DNA from: a virus | Taxonomy: Duplodnaviria; Caudoviricetes | Reading direction: 5' to 3' (one strand) | Virus record (IMG/VR): IMGVR_UViG_3300031760_000054 | Coordinates: 979-64,978 of that record | Length of the DNA stretch: 64,000 nucleotides | Part shown: piece by piece, positions 45,988-54,992 of the stretch | How positions within the stretch are numbered: the stretch's first letter is position 1 | Layout of the letters: the number at the start of each line of letters is the position of its first letter | Made by a program: the position numbers and the translations under genes | Notes under the pieces: generated by a model | Databases searched by the model: none | The model's input: only the letters and a program-made list of their open reading frames with translations | What the model was told of the DNA's origin: nothing

Positions 45988-47211
45988 TTAATCCTTCTTG
46001 CTGGCGTGCACAGCCTTCTGCGATGTAGAACGACCGAAGCGCACGACCCTTCCGTTCTTGTCCTTGTAGGCGACCACCTGCACTCGGTTGCTCTCGTATG
46101 TCCGTCCGGTCTCCCTGCAGAACTTCTTCAATTCCCTCTCCCTGGCTTTCAGGATCTTTGCTTTCTTCTTGAAATCCTCCGACAGCTCTTCCTCCATCTC
46201 GTCGTCCGTGGCTGCCTGCATGGCTGCGTCAAGGGATGCGAGCTGTCTCCGCAGTTCCCGGATGTCCCTCTCCTGCGCACGCTGTTCCTGCGATGCCTCG
46301 TAATCCGAATACTCGACTCCCTTGTACTTCACCCGGTGGTTCTCGAACTCGTCCAAGCGTTCCTGCGGCCAGTTCGGCTTTGATATGCCCGGCCAGAACG
46401 GATAGAAGTTGTGCCGGCAGTTCACCCCGCACAGACCGCCTGCTGTGCCGTACCCCGTGGAATCCGCGAAGTTCGGGTACTCGAACGAGCTTCCGTCGAT
46501 CTTGTAGATCTTCCCCTGCCATACGGAGTGGGAAGGTCTCGCCCCGAAATGCGCTGACACCTCGTAATACTCCACGCCCATCGCTTCCGCCTGTATCTCG
46601 GTCAGTTTCGCCGCTGTCTGGTTGACGGAAGTCAGCAGGTTCCTGCGGATCGCGACGTCAAGGTGGTCCTTCCTCTTCGCGAACTGCACATAAGCGCCTT
46701 CCTGCGCCGCGCCGATGATAGCGGCACGTAAGGCCTGCTGCGGTGAGAACGCACCTGAGATGGACTGCATGTACGCCTGGTTTGACATCTGCTGGTAGAG
46801 CGAGGCGGCTGTCCCCGCCGTGGTCCTCGTAAGGTTCATCAGGTCTCCCTGCGTCCTCCGTATCTCTGCCTCGAGTACCTGCCTCATGGCGATGGACATG
46901 CTCCTGTCCACCTCGATGCCCTCGGCCACTAAAGGCGCGGCGTTCGTCTCAATGTTCATCGCCCCGGCTTCCTTGAACAGCTTCTCGATCTCCTTCGCTG
47001 TCTTTCCGGTCATCTCCGATATCTGACGGTTGACCTCGTCCTGCAGCGCCCCGATCTCCTGCACCTGCTGGTACTGCCAGATGGCCGTGTCCGTCGGGTA
47101 TCCGTTCTCCACGAGCCTTCTCGCGATGTCCGTCACGATCTGCGTCTCCAGCTGGTCGTACAGCCCGAGGATGTAATCACTGCATCCCGCAAGGTATTCC
47201 GGTGTCAGCAT
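45988..47211 (-). CDS. Phage minor capsid protein 2
   Basis: MLTPEYL, VSAHFGARPSH..WQGK, GLCGVNCRHNF. Confidence 0.9.
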   Translation of the reverse strand: MLTPEYLAGCSDYILGLYDQLETQIVTDIARRLVENGYPTDTAIWQYQQVQEIGALQDEVNRQISEMTGKTAKEIEKLFKEAGAMNIETNAAPLVAEGIEVDRSMSIAMRQVLEAEIRRTQGDLMNLTRTTAGTAASLYQQMSNQAYMQSISGAFSPQQALRAAIIGAAQEGAYVQFAKRKDHLDVAIRRNLLTSVNQTAAKLTEIQAEAMGVEYYEVSAHFGARPSHSVWQGKIYKIDGSSFEYPNFADSTGYGTAGGLCGVNCRHNFYPFWPGISKPNWPQERLDEFENHRVKYKGVEYSDYEASQEQRAQERDIRELRRQLASLDAAMQAATDDEMEEELSEDFKKKAKILKARERELKKFCRETGRTYESNRVQVVAYKDKNGRVVRFGRSTSQKAVHASKKD

Positions 47212-47225
47212 CCCTCACACCTCCG

Positions 47226-48731
47226 TCATGAATTCCCTGTGAACGGGAACCTTTCTTCGGCATCAGGGACGTCCGCGGGCATGTATTCCTCAAGCGCCTG
47301 CTCAGGAGAGCATCCGAACCAGTACGACGTGACGTATTCCTTCCGGAGGTATCCGCTGTTCGCCAGCTGCATCCGTATCTGCAGCTCCTTGTCCGTATCC
47401 TGCAGGACGCCGTCTCCCCATGTGATGACAGGTTCGACATCCGCGTCCGCCACGATGCCGTACAGCCGACAGTATGTCTTGAGTACCTGGCAGAGCTCCT
47501 TCAGACCGTCGTCCCATGCCTGCTGCATAAGGTTGACGGAATGGTAGCTCCTCTGCTTGGACATCCTGATCTCTTCCGCCGTCTTCTCGACTTCCGTCGT
47601 ATGGCTCAGCGTTCCGTATGCGAGTCCGCACTTGAATTCGATCTGCCTCAGGTCTTCGTTCAGTCCGTTTACCCATGCCGTGTCCCGGATTTCCGGAGAG
47701 TACGGCTCGATAAGGTTCTTAGTGCCTTCGTTGAGGCTCGTGTCCGAATGGAGCAGGCGGAACAGCTTCTGGTCGATGCCGGTCAGGTTAAGGTTGCCTT
47801 TCTCGTCACGTTCCTCGTCGAACATGGTGGAGTCCGCGAATATCTTCGCTTTCTTGGCTTCATACTCCCAGACGAATCCGCCATACTTCTTGTCTGCCTC
47901 CCGGAAGTCTGTTTCCGCACGGTGGAAAACGGAAGCGCCGAGCGGTGACTTTGGGTCGCTGGTGTTCGGCACCGGGACTTTGATATAGACGAACAGCGGG
48001 GTCTCGATGTTCGCTATCTCGACCTCGGGCTGGATGCCTTCCCATTCCTCGACGTCTGTCAGCGGGATTTCTTCCCTGAAGCGGTCACGCACGTTGTCCC
48101 CGGCAGTCTCCGTATCTGTGAAGTTATAGATCTCCTCGGAACGGAATGCCTTGTTGACGACCGTGTACTTCTCCGGCGTCCATGTGTGCATCTCGAGCCG
48201 GGTGTACATGTATCTCTGTTTCTTCAGTGAATCGACGAATATGGCCGACGTGACCATATCGTCATCGAACGCGAGCGGATAGAACTCGTTCGCGTACAGC
48301 ACGTCAATACCGATCCTGTTCGGGATCCCGTTCCCGTCGACTGACTTGACATACGGCTTGAACACGATCCCGCCGTATGCGGAATACGCCTCGACATATT
48401 TCACTATGTTGTCCGGACGGAGCAGCGACTTCATCTGCAGTTTGATGAAGTCCGACATATCGTTCCCGTCGAGGGAGAAATCGAATTCCGTCAGGATCAG
48501 CCTGGCGAACTCCGAGCAGACCGCAGATGGAAGGTTCATGCACGCGCCGTGCTCGACCTCTCCCTCCCACGGCGGGTGGTTCATGTACATCTCACCCCAG
48601 AGCTGGATAGATTCTTCCATCTTCTTGGAGATGACCGTCTGAACCTTCATCTTCTTCTCGATCGTAGTCCTTCCAAGGAACATGCCTTTCAACCTCCCTC
48701 CTATTCCTTTGATCACATCTACCAGTCCCAT
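47226..48731 (-). CDS. Portal protein (A118-like)
   Basis: SPLGASVF, YSPEIR, CGLAYGTLS, TAEEIRMSKQRSY, WGDGVLQD. Confidence 0.92.
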   Translation of the reverse strand: MGLVDVIKGIGGRLKGMFLGRTTIEKKMKVQTVISKKMEESIQLWGEMYMNHPPWEGEVEHGACMNLPSAVCSEFARLILTEFDFSLDGNDMSDFIKLQMKSLLRPDNIVKYVEAYSAYGGIVFKPYVKSVDGNGIPNRIGIDVLYANEFYPLAFDDDMVTSAIFVDSLKKQRYMYTRLEMHTWTPEKYTVVNKAFRSEEIYNFTDTETAGDNVRDRFREEIPLTDVEEWEGIQPEVEIANIETPLFVYIKVPVPNTSDPKSPLGASVFHRAETDFREADKKYGGFVWEYEAKKAKIFADSTMFDEERDEKGNLNLTGIDQKLFRLLHSDTSLNEGTKNLIEPYSPEIRDTAWVNGLNEDLRQIEFKCGLAYGTLSHTTEVEKTAEEIRMSKQRSYHSVNLMQQAWDDGLKELCQVLKTYCRLYGIVADADVEPVITWGDGVLQDTDKELQIRMQLANSGYLRKEYVTSYWFGCSPEQALEEYMPADVPDAEERFPFTGNS

Positions 48732-48742
48732 GAATGCCTCCT

Positions 48743-50987
48743 TTAATTCTGACCTGGTTTGAATCCGAAGCCCTTGAGCAGCTTCGGTATATACCGCTCG
48801 AACGTGTACTCGAAGGCATCCATCGAATCGATGTCCGATGTTCCGTCGTCAAGACGTTCGTTCTTTGTGGGTTTCTTCTTGTCCCATATGGCCGAGCTTA
48901 TGGCATCCATAAGGGACCGGCATTCTTCCTCGACATAAAAGAACCTGTCATTCGCGGACAGGATGTCGAGACAGAATATCCTGTCGTTGATGTAAGTCTT
49001 CATCGCGTCGGAAACAGGGATGCCGCCGAGCTTGTTCCGCTTGAGCGTATTCGCGAAATCACGCTTCAGCACCTGCTCAGCCGAATCCACGTAGACATTG
49101 TCGACGCGTCCGAAGTTTGCGCGCACCCAGAGCACGAAATCTAGGAACAGCTTGCACAGCTCCTGGGATGATATGTCCCTCACGATCTGGTTCGTGTCCG
49201 GGTCCATCTTTCCCTCGACGTATCTCCTGCTCCGTATGGCAACGATCTGGTTGAACCCGACCGGGAGCCCCACGGCAACGAAGGCATGGCCAGACCCGTT
49301 CCCTCCGAAGTCAACGCCTACGATGACCCTGGCGAACCGCATCTGCCGCGCCTCGGCAATGGTGATGGAGTGCGGTTTCTTCTGTCCCTTCGGCAGCGAC
49401 ATCTCGCCGGCAAGGGTCTTATAGATCAGACCTTCTGCAATGCTCCGCTGTCCGAGGATGTCCCTGTTGTGCCAGATGGTCCCGGGGACGTACTGCGATA
49501 TGAACGCCTTCCTCGCTTCTTCCTCGATGCTGATGTTGTCGAAGATCGTGAACTGCATATAGTTCACTCCGCCAAGGAGATCGCCCGTCTTGTCCATCTC
49601 GACATACTTGTCGATGTACTCCGTATAGATCGGAGCGTTCGGGTGGTCCGGGTTCAGGTCCCAGAAGAACTTTCTTTTGTGGGACGCGAGCGTACGGTTG
49701 AACGCTTCCTTAATGGTGTTGTCGTGGTGGATGTTGATCTCGGTAGCGATCCACATGCCGTAAGAATTCGCTATTTATAGCAGACTATCTCTTAAACCCT
49801 TTCGGGTTCACGCCCTTTTCCATCTCCGTATCAATAGGAGATGTACTCCGCTATCAAGCGGATAGTCGTTACAGGTTATTGATTGATATGAATGTGAGAC
49901 CATAATAAAAATCGCCCTTGTCTATCTTTTTCCTGATAGACCGGGCAATCGTTTCTGAACACGTTGATTCCGGAACAATTTTCATGTCGATCAGTTTTTC
50001 GGCAAGATCCCTTGAGAAATATCCTTTGGCTATTATCCTTCCATTTTTCAAGGCTGCCACGTGACGAATATCTTTCCTTAATCCGTTTTCAGCACAGTGT
50101 TTCATATTCTCTTTTCTTGAACAGTATTCAAGGTTGCTCACATTGTTATTGGTCTTGTCTCCATCGATATGGTTTATGTCGGAACATTCGCTCTCGCCCA
50201 GGAACGCTTCGGCTACAAGCCTGTGTACAGTCCTCGTATCATGCTTTCCGTTCCTGAACAGCTTGACGAACATATAGCCTGAATTCTGTTTGAGCTGGCT
50301 CATGATGACAGGCTTATGCTTACATCTTTTCCCGCCTATGCTCTTTACCCTTCCAAGGTTCGACACATAGTACCTTCCGCCATATCCTTCAATGGCTCTC
50401 CATTCTTCCATAGCATACTCCTTTCGGGTATTTATCAATCAATCTTCCCACGGGATTTTTTCATCCCCCGTTAGCACCCTTACGGGTACCCTGCCGATAA
50501 GCAGTAAAAGCGTGTTGGGGCAATTCCTGTTTGTTTCACCCCTTATCTTCTTGTAGGACGACGCCAGCGCGGCACCTGCGAAGATGACGATCTTCTCCTT
50601 GTGCCCTGTATCCGGGCCGTTGATGATCAGGCACTCGTTGCCCTTGTACTTGCCCCAGTGGCACTGGCCGGCAAAGATGTATTCAAGCCCCATGCCGTTG
50701 CAGTCACCGATGTTCAGCTTCGCATTGGCTCCGGTGCTTCCTGTGGCCAGGTGCATCTTGTCCGGGTGTGTCTTCAGCTCATGTGCGAAGGCGTACACAT
50801 TGTCGACGGTCTTTCCTGCTCGGACAGCACCCTCAGCGATGTTGTACGTGTTCGAGACGCACTTCCGGATATATTCCTTGTGCTTCTCGTTCCACATGAA
50901 ATGGAGCCGTGATTCACGCCTCGTTTCCCTTCTGTCCTTCCAGCACCTCAGCTGCCTGCGTTCAGACCGTGTCCGCATCCGCATCAC
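48743..50987 (-). CDS. terL: Terminase large subunit (PBSX-like), split: exon 1 50987..50538, exon 2 49768..48743
   Basis: Exon 1 has Walker A GAVRAGKT; the join reads KKIRG|NSYGMWIATE in frame; exon 2 has VGVDFG and DSMDAFEY nuclease motifs. Confidence 0.92.
49769..50537 (-). ncRNA. Group I intron (phage IA2-like) in terL
   Basis: 5' exon ends in U, intron ends in G; IGS GAAUUGCCCC pairs with both exon ends; AACGGGGG/AATCCCGTG (P4), AACGACTA (R) and AAGAGATAGTC (S) elements. Confidence 0.9.
49869..50411 (-). CDS. Intron-encoded NUMOD4-HNH homing endonuclease
   Basis: EEWRAIEGY..RYYVSNLGRVKS; VHRLVAEAF; INHIDGDKTNN.VSNLEY. Confidence 0.92.
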   Translation of the reverse strand: MEEWRAIEGYGGRYYVSNLGRVKSIGGKRCKHKPVIMSQLKQNSGYMFVKLFRNGKHDTRTVHRLVAEAFLGESECSDINHIDGDKTNNNVSNLEYCSRKENMKHCAENGLRKDIRHVAALKNGRIIAKGYFSRDLAEKLIDMKIVPESTCSETIARSIRKKIDKGDFYYGLTFISINNL

Positions 50988-51933
50988 CGTCCTCTCCGTA
51001 GAGCATCTTATCGGTTTCGCTCAGGTCCTCAAGCACATTGTCGGATCCGAGGAGCTTGTTCGTAAGCGCGTCTGTGCGTTCAATGTTCGCATCCATGAGT
51101 TCGAGTTCGAGTGGAAGCTTCTGGAGCTGCATCTCCTGTTGGATCCTTGCATTGCGGACCTGATTCAGGGATGCTAGAGCTCTTGCTTTTTGCGACTGTA
51201 CGGAAGTCAGTTCGCGTTCCAGTCTGGCAATAAGGTTCGCCGTTGATTCCGTACGCGTACTAATCTCCATCGCGGAACCTGGAAGAACCTCCGGAGTCGC
51301 TTCCTCAAGAAGGCGCCGCTTTTCTCTGTATCGCTCTCGTTCTTCTTCCTGTTCTTCCGGCGTCCCTTCGAACACTCGCTTCGTTTTTCGGCTCTCAACT
51401 CCTGCTACATACAGCCCGTCTTTATATTTCGGGTCATTCTTGTATTGGTTGATCGCCATCATAAGCCTTCGCTCACGAATAGAAAAAAGAGTGATCGTTT
51501 CTACAAGGACAAGCTCTTCATCGATATCACTCGTCATCATCAACTTTTTTTCCTCATCATCGAGCGTATCCAGAAATATCTTTGCGTATCCGCCATGCTT
51601 CCTGGCATTATGGCTTCGCAGTGGGGCTCCGCCTCCCTTGTTCCCGAGAGCGAATTTATTCCCCTTCGGCGCTCCGCCTTTTCGTTTCGGAACGCTCCCT
51701 TTTTCGTTTGGAGCGTTCCCTTCGTTTTTTGGAACGCTCTTTTTTCTCTTCCTCGGCTGCTTCTTGCTTTCCGTCAAAAGATCATCAGCCCATTTGTCCA
51801 GTGATTTCCACTTCCTGACGTCAGAAGGCGAAACGCCCAATTCTTCGGCGATGTTGACGAGAGCTTTCTGCCCGCTCGATCTTAGATAAATCAGTCTTGC
51901 TTTATCCCTGTTCGGGTTTCTCGCCCTTGGCAT
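50962..51933 (-). CDS. terS: Terminase small subunit
   Basis: MPRARNPNRDKA N-terminal HTH, GAPKGNKFALGN...NARKHG; upstream of terL. Confidence 0.85.
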   Translation of the reverse strand: MPRARNPNRDKARLIYLRSSGQKALVNIAEELGVSPSDVRKWKSLDKWADDLLTESKKQPRKRKKSVPKNEGNAPNEKGSVPKRKGGAPKGNKFALGNKGGGAPLRSHNARKHGGYAKIFLDTLDDEEKKLMMTSDIDEELVLVETITLFSIRERRLMMAINQYKNDPKYKDGLYVAGVESRKTKRVFEGTPEEQEEERERYREKRRLLEEATPEVLPGSAMEISTRTESTANLIARLERELTSVQSQKARALASLNQVRNARIQQEMQLQKLPLELELMDANIERTDALTNKLLGSDNVLEDLSETDKMLYGEDGDADADTV

Positions 51934-52278
51934 TTCCCTCTCCTTTGTTCGTGTATGTGTTTATTTCGGTATTGTCTGACTATTTCAGCATAAACCGAAA
52001 ATATTATACGCATTTTGTGTTATATCTAATAGAACACAAATAAATTCAAAAATATGCTAAAAATTCGAAGCACACCGCACAGCGTCCGTACTCGCCATGC
52101 AGTGCGCCTCACCCGGAATCCGCATAAAAATATCCGGTATAACTTTGCGCGGACCAGGATGCTCAGTTGCCGTAGAGCCCTGCCGTGCTTATGCGCTAAA
52201 TAAAAGGGACCGTGCGATGTTTGCGCATCGTTTGCAGTTCCCATGCTCAGATATTCCTATCTGTATCAGCCTCAATAT

Positions 52279-52317
52279 GAGTTTCGAGTTTCGAGTTTTG
52301 AGTTTCGAGTTTTGAGT
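52279..52317. repeat. Tandem heptamer (GAGTTTY)x5
   Basis: Read directly; abuts the tRNA 3' end. Confidence 0.85.
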
Positions 52318-52390
52318 AGCGGGGGCAGGATTTGAACCTGCGACCTCGAGGGTATGAACCTCGCGAGCTGCCGTACTGCTCCACCCCGCG
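52317..52390 (-). tRNA. tRNA-Met(CAT), initiator type
   Basis: CGCGGGG acceptor with a position 1:72 mismatch, GAGC/GCTC D stem, CGAGG-TTCATAC-CCTCG anticodon arm, GCAGG-TTCAAAT-CCTGC T arm; CCA not encoded. Confidence 0.92.
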
Positions 52391-52481
52391 ATACAGCGAG
52401 CTACGTACCATCCGGTATTTCACTCGCCAGAGGATGAAAAAAGCATATGATATCAGAACGACGGAACGCGCCGTCGCTGAC

Positions 52482-52571
52482 CGGGAACAGAAGGATTCGA
52501 ACCTTCACCTCGGATTCTCCTGAGTTTAAGCGCGCCCCGCGCTCTTTCCGTTGTTGTTGAGCTATGTTCCC
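52482..52571 (-). tRNA. tRNA-like element with an aberrant, enlarged anticodon arm
   Basis: GGGAACA/TGTTCCC acceptor, GCTC/GAGC D stem, GAAGG-TTCGAAT-CCTTC T arm; no canonical 7-nt anticodon loop. Confidence 0.6.
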
Positions 52572-52632
52572 ATGATTGACGCCACTTGCTTTCCGTGAGC
52601 GCCGGCCGCTTCTTGCTGCGGTACGTGTTCGG

Positions 52633-53157
52633 TCATATCCTTGTGATGTATTCCGCCTGGGAATACTTCGTGTTGCCTGCCACCATCATGTTCAGGAAGT
52701 CCTCACGGCTGAAGTCCGACAGCCGGAACACTTCTTCCGGACGCATGCCGAGCTCCCTGCCGATCTCTTCGACGGACTTGCCCTCGCCGATCAGCTCCTT
52801 GACGATCGCCTTCATTGGTTCCAGAAGGTGCGTTCCTCTTGCCCGGTTGTGCGTGACCGTTCCGTAAATGTCCTCTGCGTGTTCCTTATGGATGACGATG
52901 ACGATCGGCACTTTGTTGTCGAGCTTTGACCTCAGCGGCTCCCTTCCCGCCACTGTCCATCTGTGGAACCCGTCGATGATGGTGAGGTCTTCCCTGCACA
53001 CGATCGGGAGCGTCCAGCCGTTGGTGAGGATGGACTGTGTCAGCAGTTTCAGGTTCTCTTCGGATACTTTGTTCGGGTTGTAATCATTCGGTTTCAGTGC
53101 ATCCCTGTCCACCCACTGCAGGGTGGATAACGGTGCGGACAGTTTCTTATCCATCAT
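52633..53157 (-). CDS. IbrB-like ParB/Srx protein (second copy)
   Basis: PNDYNPNKV, NGWTLPIV, IIDGFHRW, TVTHNRARG. Confidence 0.9.
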   Translation of the reverse strand: MMDKKLSAPLSTLQWVDRDALKPNDYNPNKVSEENLKLLTQSILTNGWTLPIVCREDLTIIDGFHRWTVAGREPLRSKLDNKVPIVIVIHKEHAEDIYGTVTHNRARGTHLLEPMKAIVKELIGEGKSVEEIGRELGMRPEEVFRLSDFSREDFLNMMVAGNTKYSQAEYITRI

Positions 53158-54301
53158 TCGGCCTCGCTTTCAATTCTTCCTTCGCGCTTTCCACGTATTT
53201 GCTGTAGACGTTCTGGTACAGCGCCCTCAGGCTCCTCAGCTTTGGATCACCGGCCATCAGTGATTCATACAGGCTCTTTGCCTGCTGGTCGTTCAGGAGC
53301 GCGGCGGTCGACAGGTAGAAGTTCCTGTAGGCGCTTGCCACTTTCCTTTTGTGCTTTGTCTGGAAATACGTGTCGAAGTTCCTGAAAACGTGGTTCAGTT
53401 CCGCACGGTAGTCTTTCTTCTCCGCATCTTCTTCGAGCGTCCGCCTTGCCCTCGTGCTCCTTCCGAACATTTCCGAGTCCCAGTAAAGGGCGGCGAGGTA
53501 GGCGTTCGGCTCCCTCCTTATGATTGAGTCGAGCAGGTGCGGGTAATACTCGTTCATCTTTACGAGCGACCTTGCGGTATCGACGGAGAAGAACTGCGAG
53601 ACGCGCATCTGTCTCCTGGTCGCCCCGGCCTGCCACATGTAGAGATATATGTCCGGGATGTCGACCTTGTGCTCTTTCAGGTAGAGCCAGACGTCCGAAT
53701 CCTTCCAGTCGTAGATCGGATAGATCTTCCGTCTTCCCAGTGATCCTTTCCTCTGGTGCGGTACCTTGGCAATGTTCTGTAGGCGCTGCAGCGATTCCGC
53801 CGTCCTAACGCCGACCATCGTCATTCCCATCGCGCACTTCTTGTCTAGGAACTGCTGGTAGGAGTCCACCCTTTCCCGGAGCTGCGGGTCGTTCCTTATG
53901 GCGAACGGCGGGGGCTGTCTCACCCACCTGTCCGCCTTTTCCGCGTCCCAGCATATGAAGGATTCGTCGTTCTCAAGTGCGTTGAAGCAGTTGAAGTGCC
54001 TGTACTGCATGCAGTACCACGCGAACTTCGCCCTTACCATCAGGAACTTCCTTCTCCACTGTTTGGTCATCTCCTCGATGCACGGGAAGATCGCTTCCTC
54101 GTCGATGAACTGGACGGTCAGCTGTGCCGGGTCGATCTCGCCCCTCTGGATCAGTTCGAGGGTCACGTTCGCGAGGCACAGGCTGTCCTTCCCTCCGGAA
54201 AAGCTCATGTATACAGGGAGCCCGTTCTTAAAGACGTTCCGTACACGCATCTCCGCGGCCTGCACCACGTTGATCGTTCCCTGCTTACGCTTTACAGCCA
54301 T
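53147..54301 (-). CDS. IbrA-like PAPS-reductase-fold protein (second copy)
   Basis: SFSGGKDS, GVRTAESLQR, YPIYDW, MRVSQFF. Confidence 0.9.
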   Translation of the reverse strand: MAVKRKQGTINVVQAAEMRVRNVFKNGLPVYMSFSGGKDSLCLANVTLELIQRGEIDPAQLTVQFIDEEAIFPCIEEMTKQWRRKFLMVRAKFAWYCMQYRHFNCFNALENDESFICWDAEKADRWVRQPPPFAIRNDPQLRERVDSYQQFLDKKCAMGMTMVGVRTAESLQRLQNIAKVPHQRKGSLGRRKIYPIYDWKDSDVWLYLKEHKVDIPDIYLYMWQAGATRRQMRVSQFFSVDTARSLVKMNEYYPHLLDSIIRREPNAYLAALYWDSEMFGRSTRARRTLEEDAEKKDYRAELNHVFRNFDTYFQTKHKRKVASAYRNFYLSTAALLNDQQAKSLYESLMAGDPKLRSLRALYQNVYSKYVESAKEELKARPNDG

Positions 54302-54918
54302 ATCTTCTCACCGCACTTGGGACATGTGATGAATCTGCCGTTCTCAGCGCCTTCCGCAGTTGCGGCAGTCTGTGAGTCGTCTGAACTGTTCTGAGCGCTC
54401 ACAGCTCTTTCTGTGGGCTCTGGGGAGGCTTCGCGCCTCGCTTCCCTTTCGGCACTTGCCTGCCTTACTTCCTGCACTTCCTCTTCGTCGAGCAGGCCGT
54501 AGCTGGCGATCGTCTCGGTCACTTCCTCGGCATCCGCCACCATGTCCCGGAGGATGTCTTCATCGAAGCCCGGTATGTCGAGGTCGTCCCTCAGTTCCTC
54601 TATGAACTCGTTAAGGACGGTCAGGTTCTCGACGCCGAGGTTGAAGATCTTGTTGTCCGCGATCATGAGTTTCTTCTTTGCGGCTGGTGTGAGGTCCGTC
54701 ATGCGGTACACATCCGCTTCCGTCTCACCCATCCTTACGAGCGTGTCATACAGCCCGTTGCCGACCAGTACAAGCCCATCCTCATCTACAATAATGGGTC
54801 TCGTCTGGCCGAACATGCGGACCGAGCGCTCATATTCCTTCAGCTGGTTCTCGGTATGCATCCGGACATTCTTCTCCGGCTTGTGCATGTCCGCCAGCTT
54901 CATCCTGTTGATCTGCAT
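54292..54918 (-). CDS. ParB/Srx-domain protein
   Basis: NVRMH, FGQTRPIIVD, VGNGL, MIADNK; C-terminal CPKCGEK zinc ribbon. Confidence 0.85.
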   Translation of the reverse strand: MQINRMKLADMHKPEKNVRMHTENQLKEYERSVRMFGQTRPIIVDEDGLVLVGNGLYDTLVRMGETEADVYRMTDLTPAAKKKLMIADNKIFNLGVENLTVLNEFIEELRDDLDIPGFDEDILRDMVADAEEVTETIASYGLLDEEEVQEVRQASAEREARREASPEPTERAVSAQNSSDDSQTAATAEGAENGRFITCPKCGEKIWL

Positions 54919-54992
54919 AAAAATGCCCTCCTTTCCGTCAATGAAAAGAAGGGCAATGGCATGAGCGTGCCGATGGCGGGTTCGTTCTGCCC

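Noticed and set aside
50439-50537. C-terminal ETNRNCPNTLLL... tail of the ORF-track terL fragment
   Set aside because: Intron sequence read in frame; not part of the spliced protein
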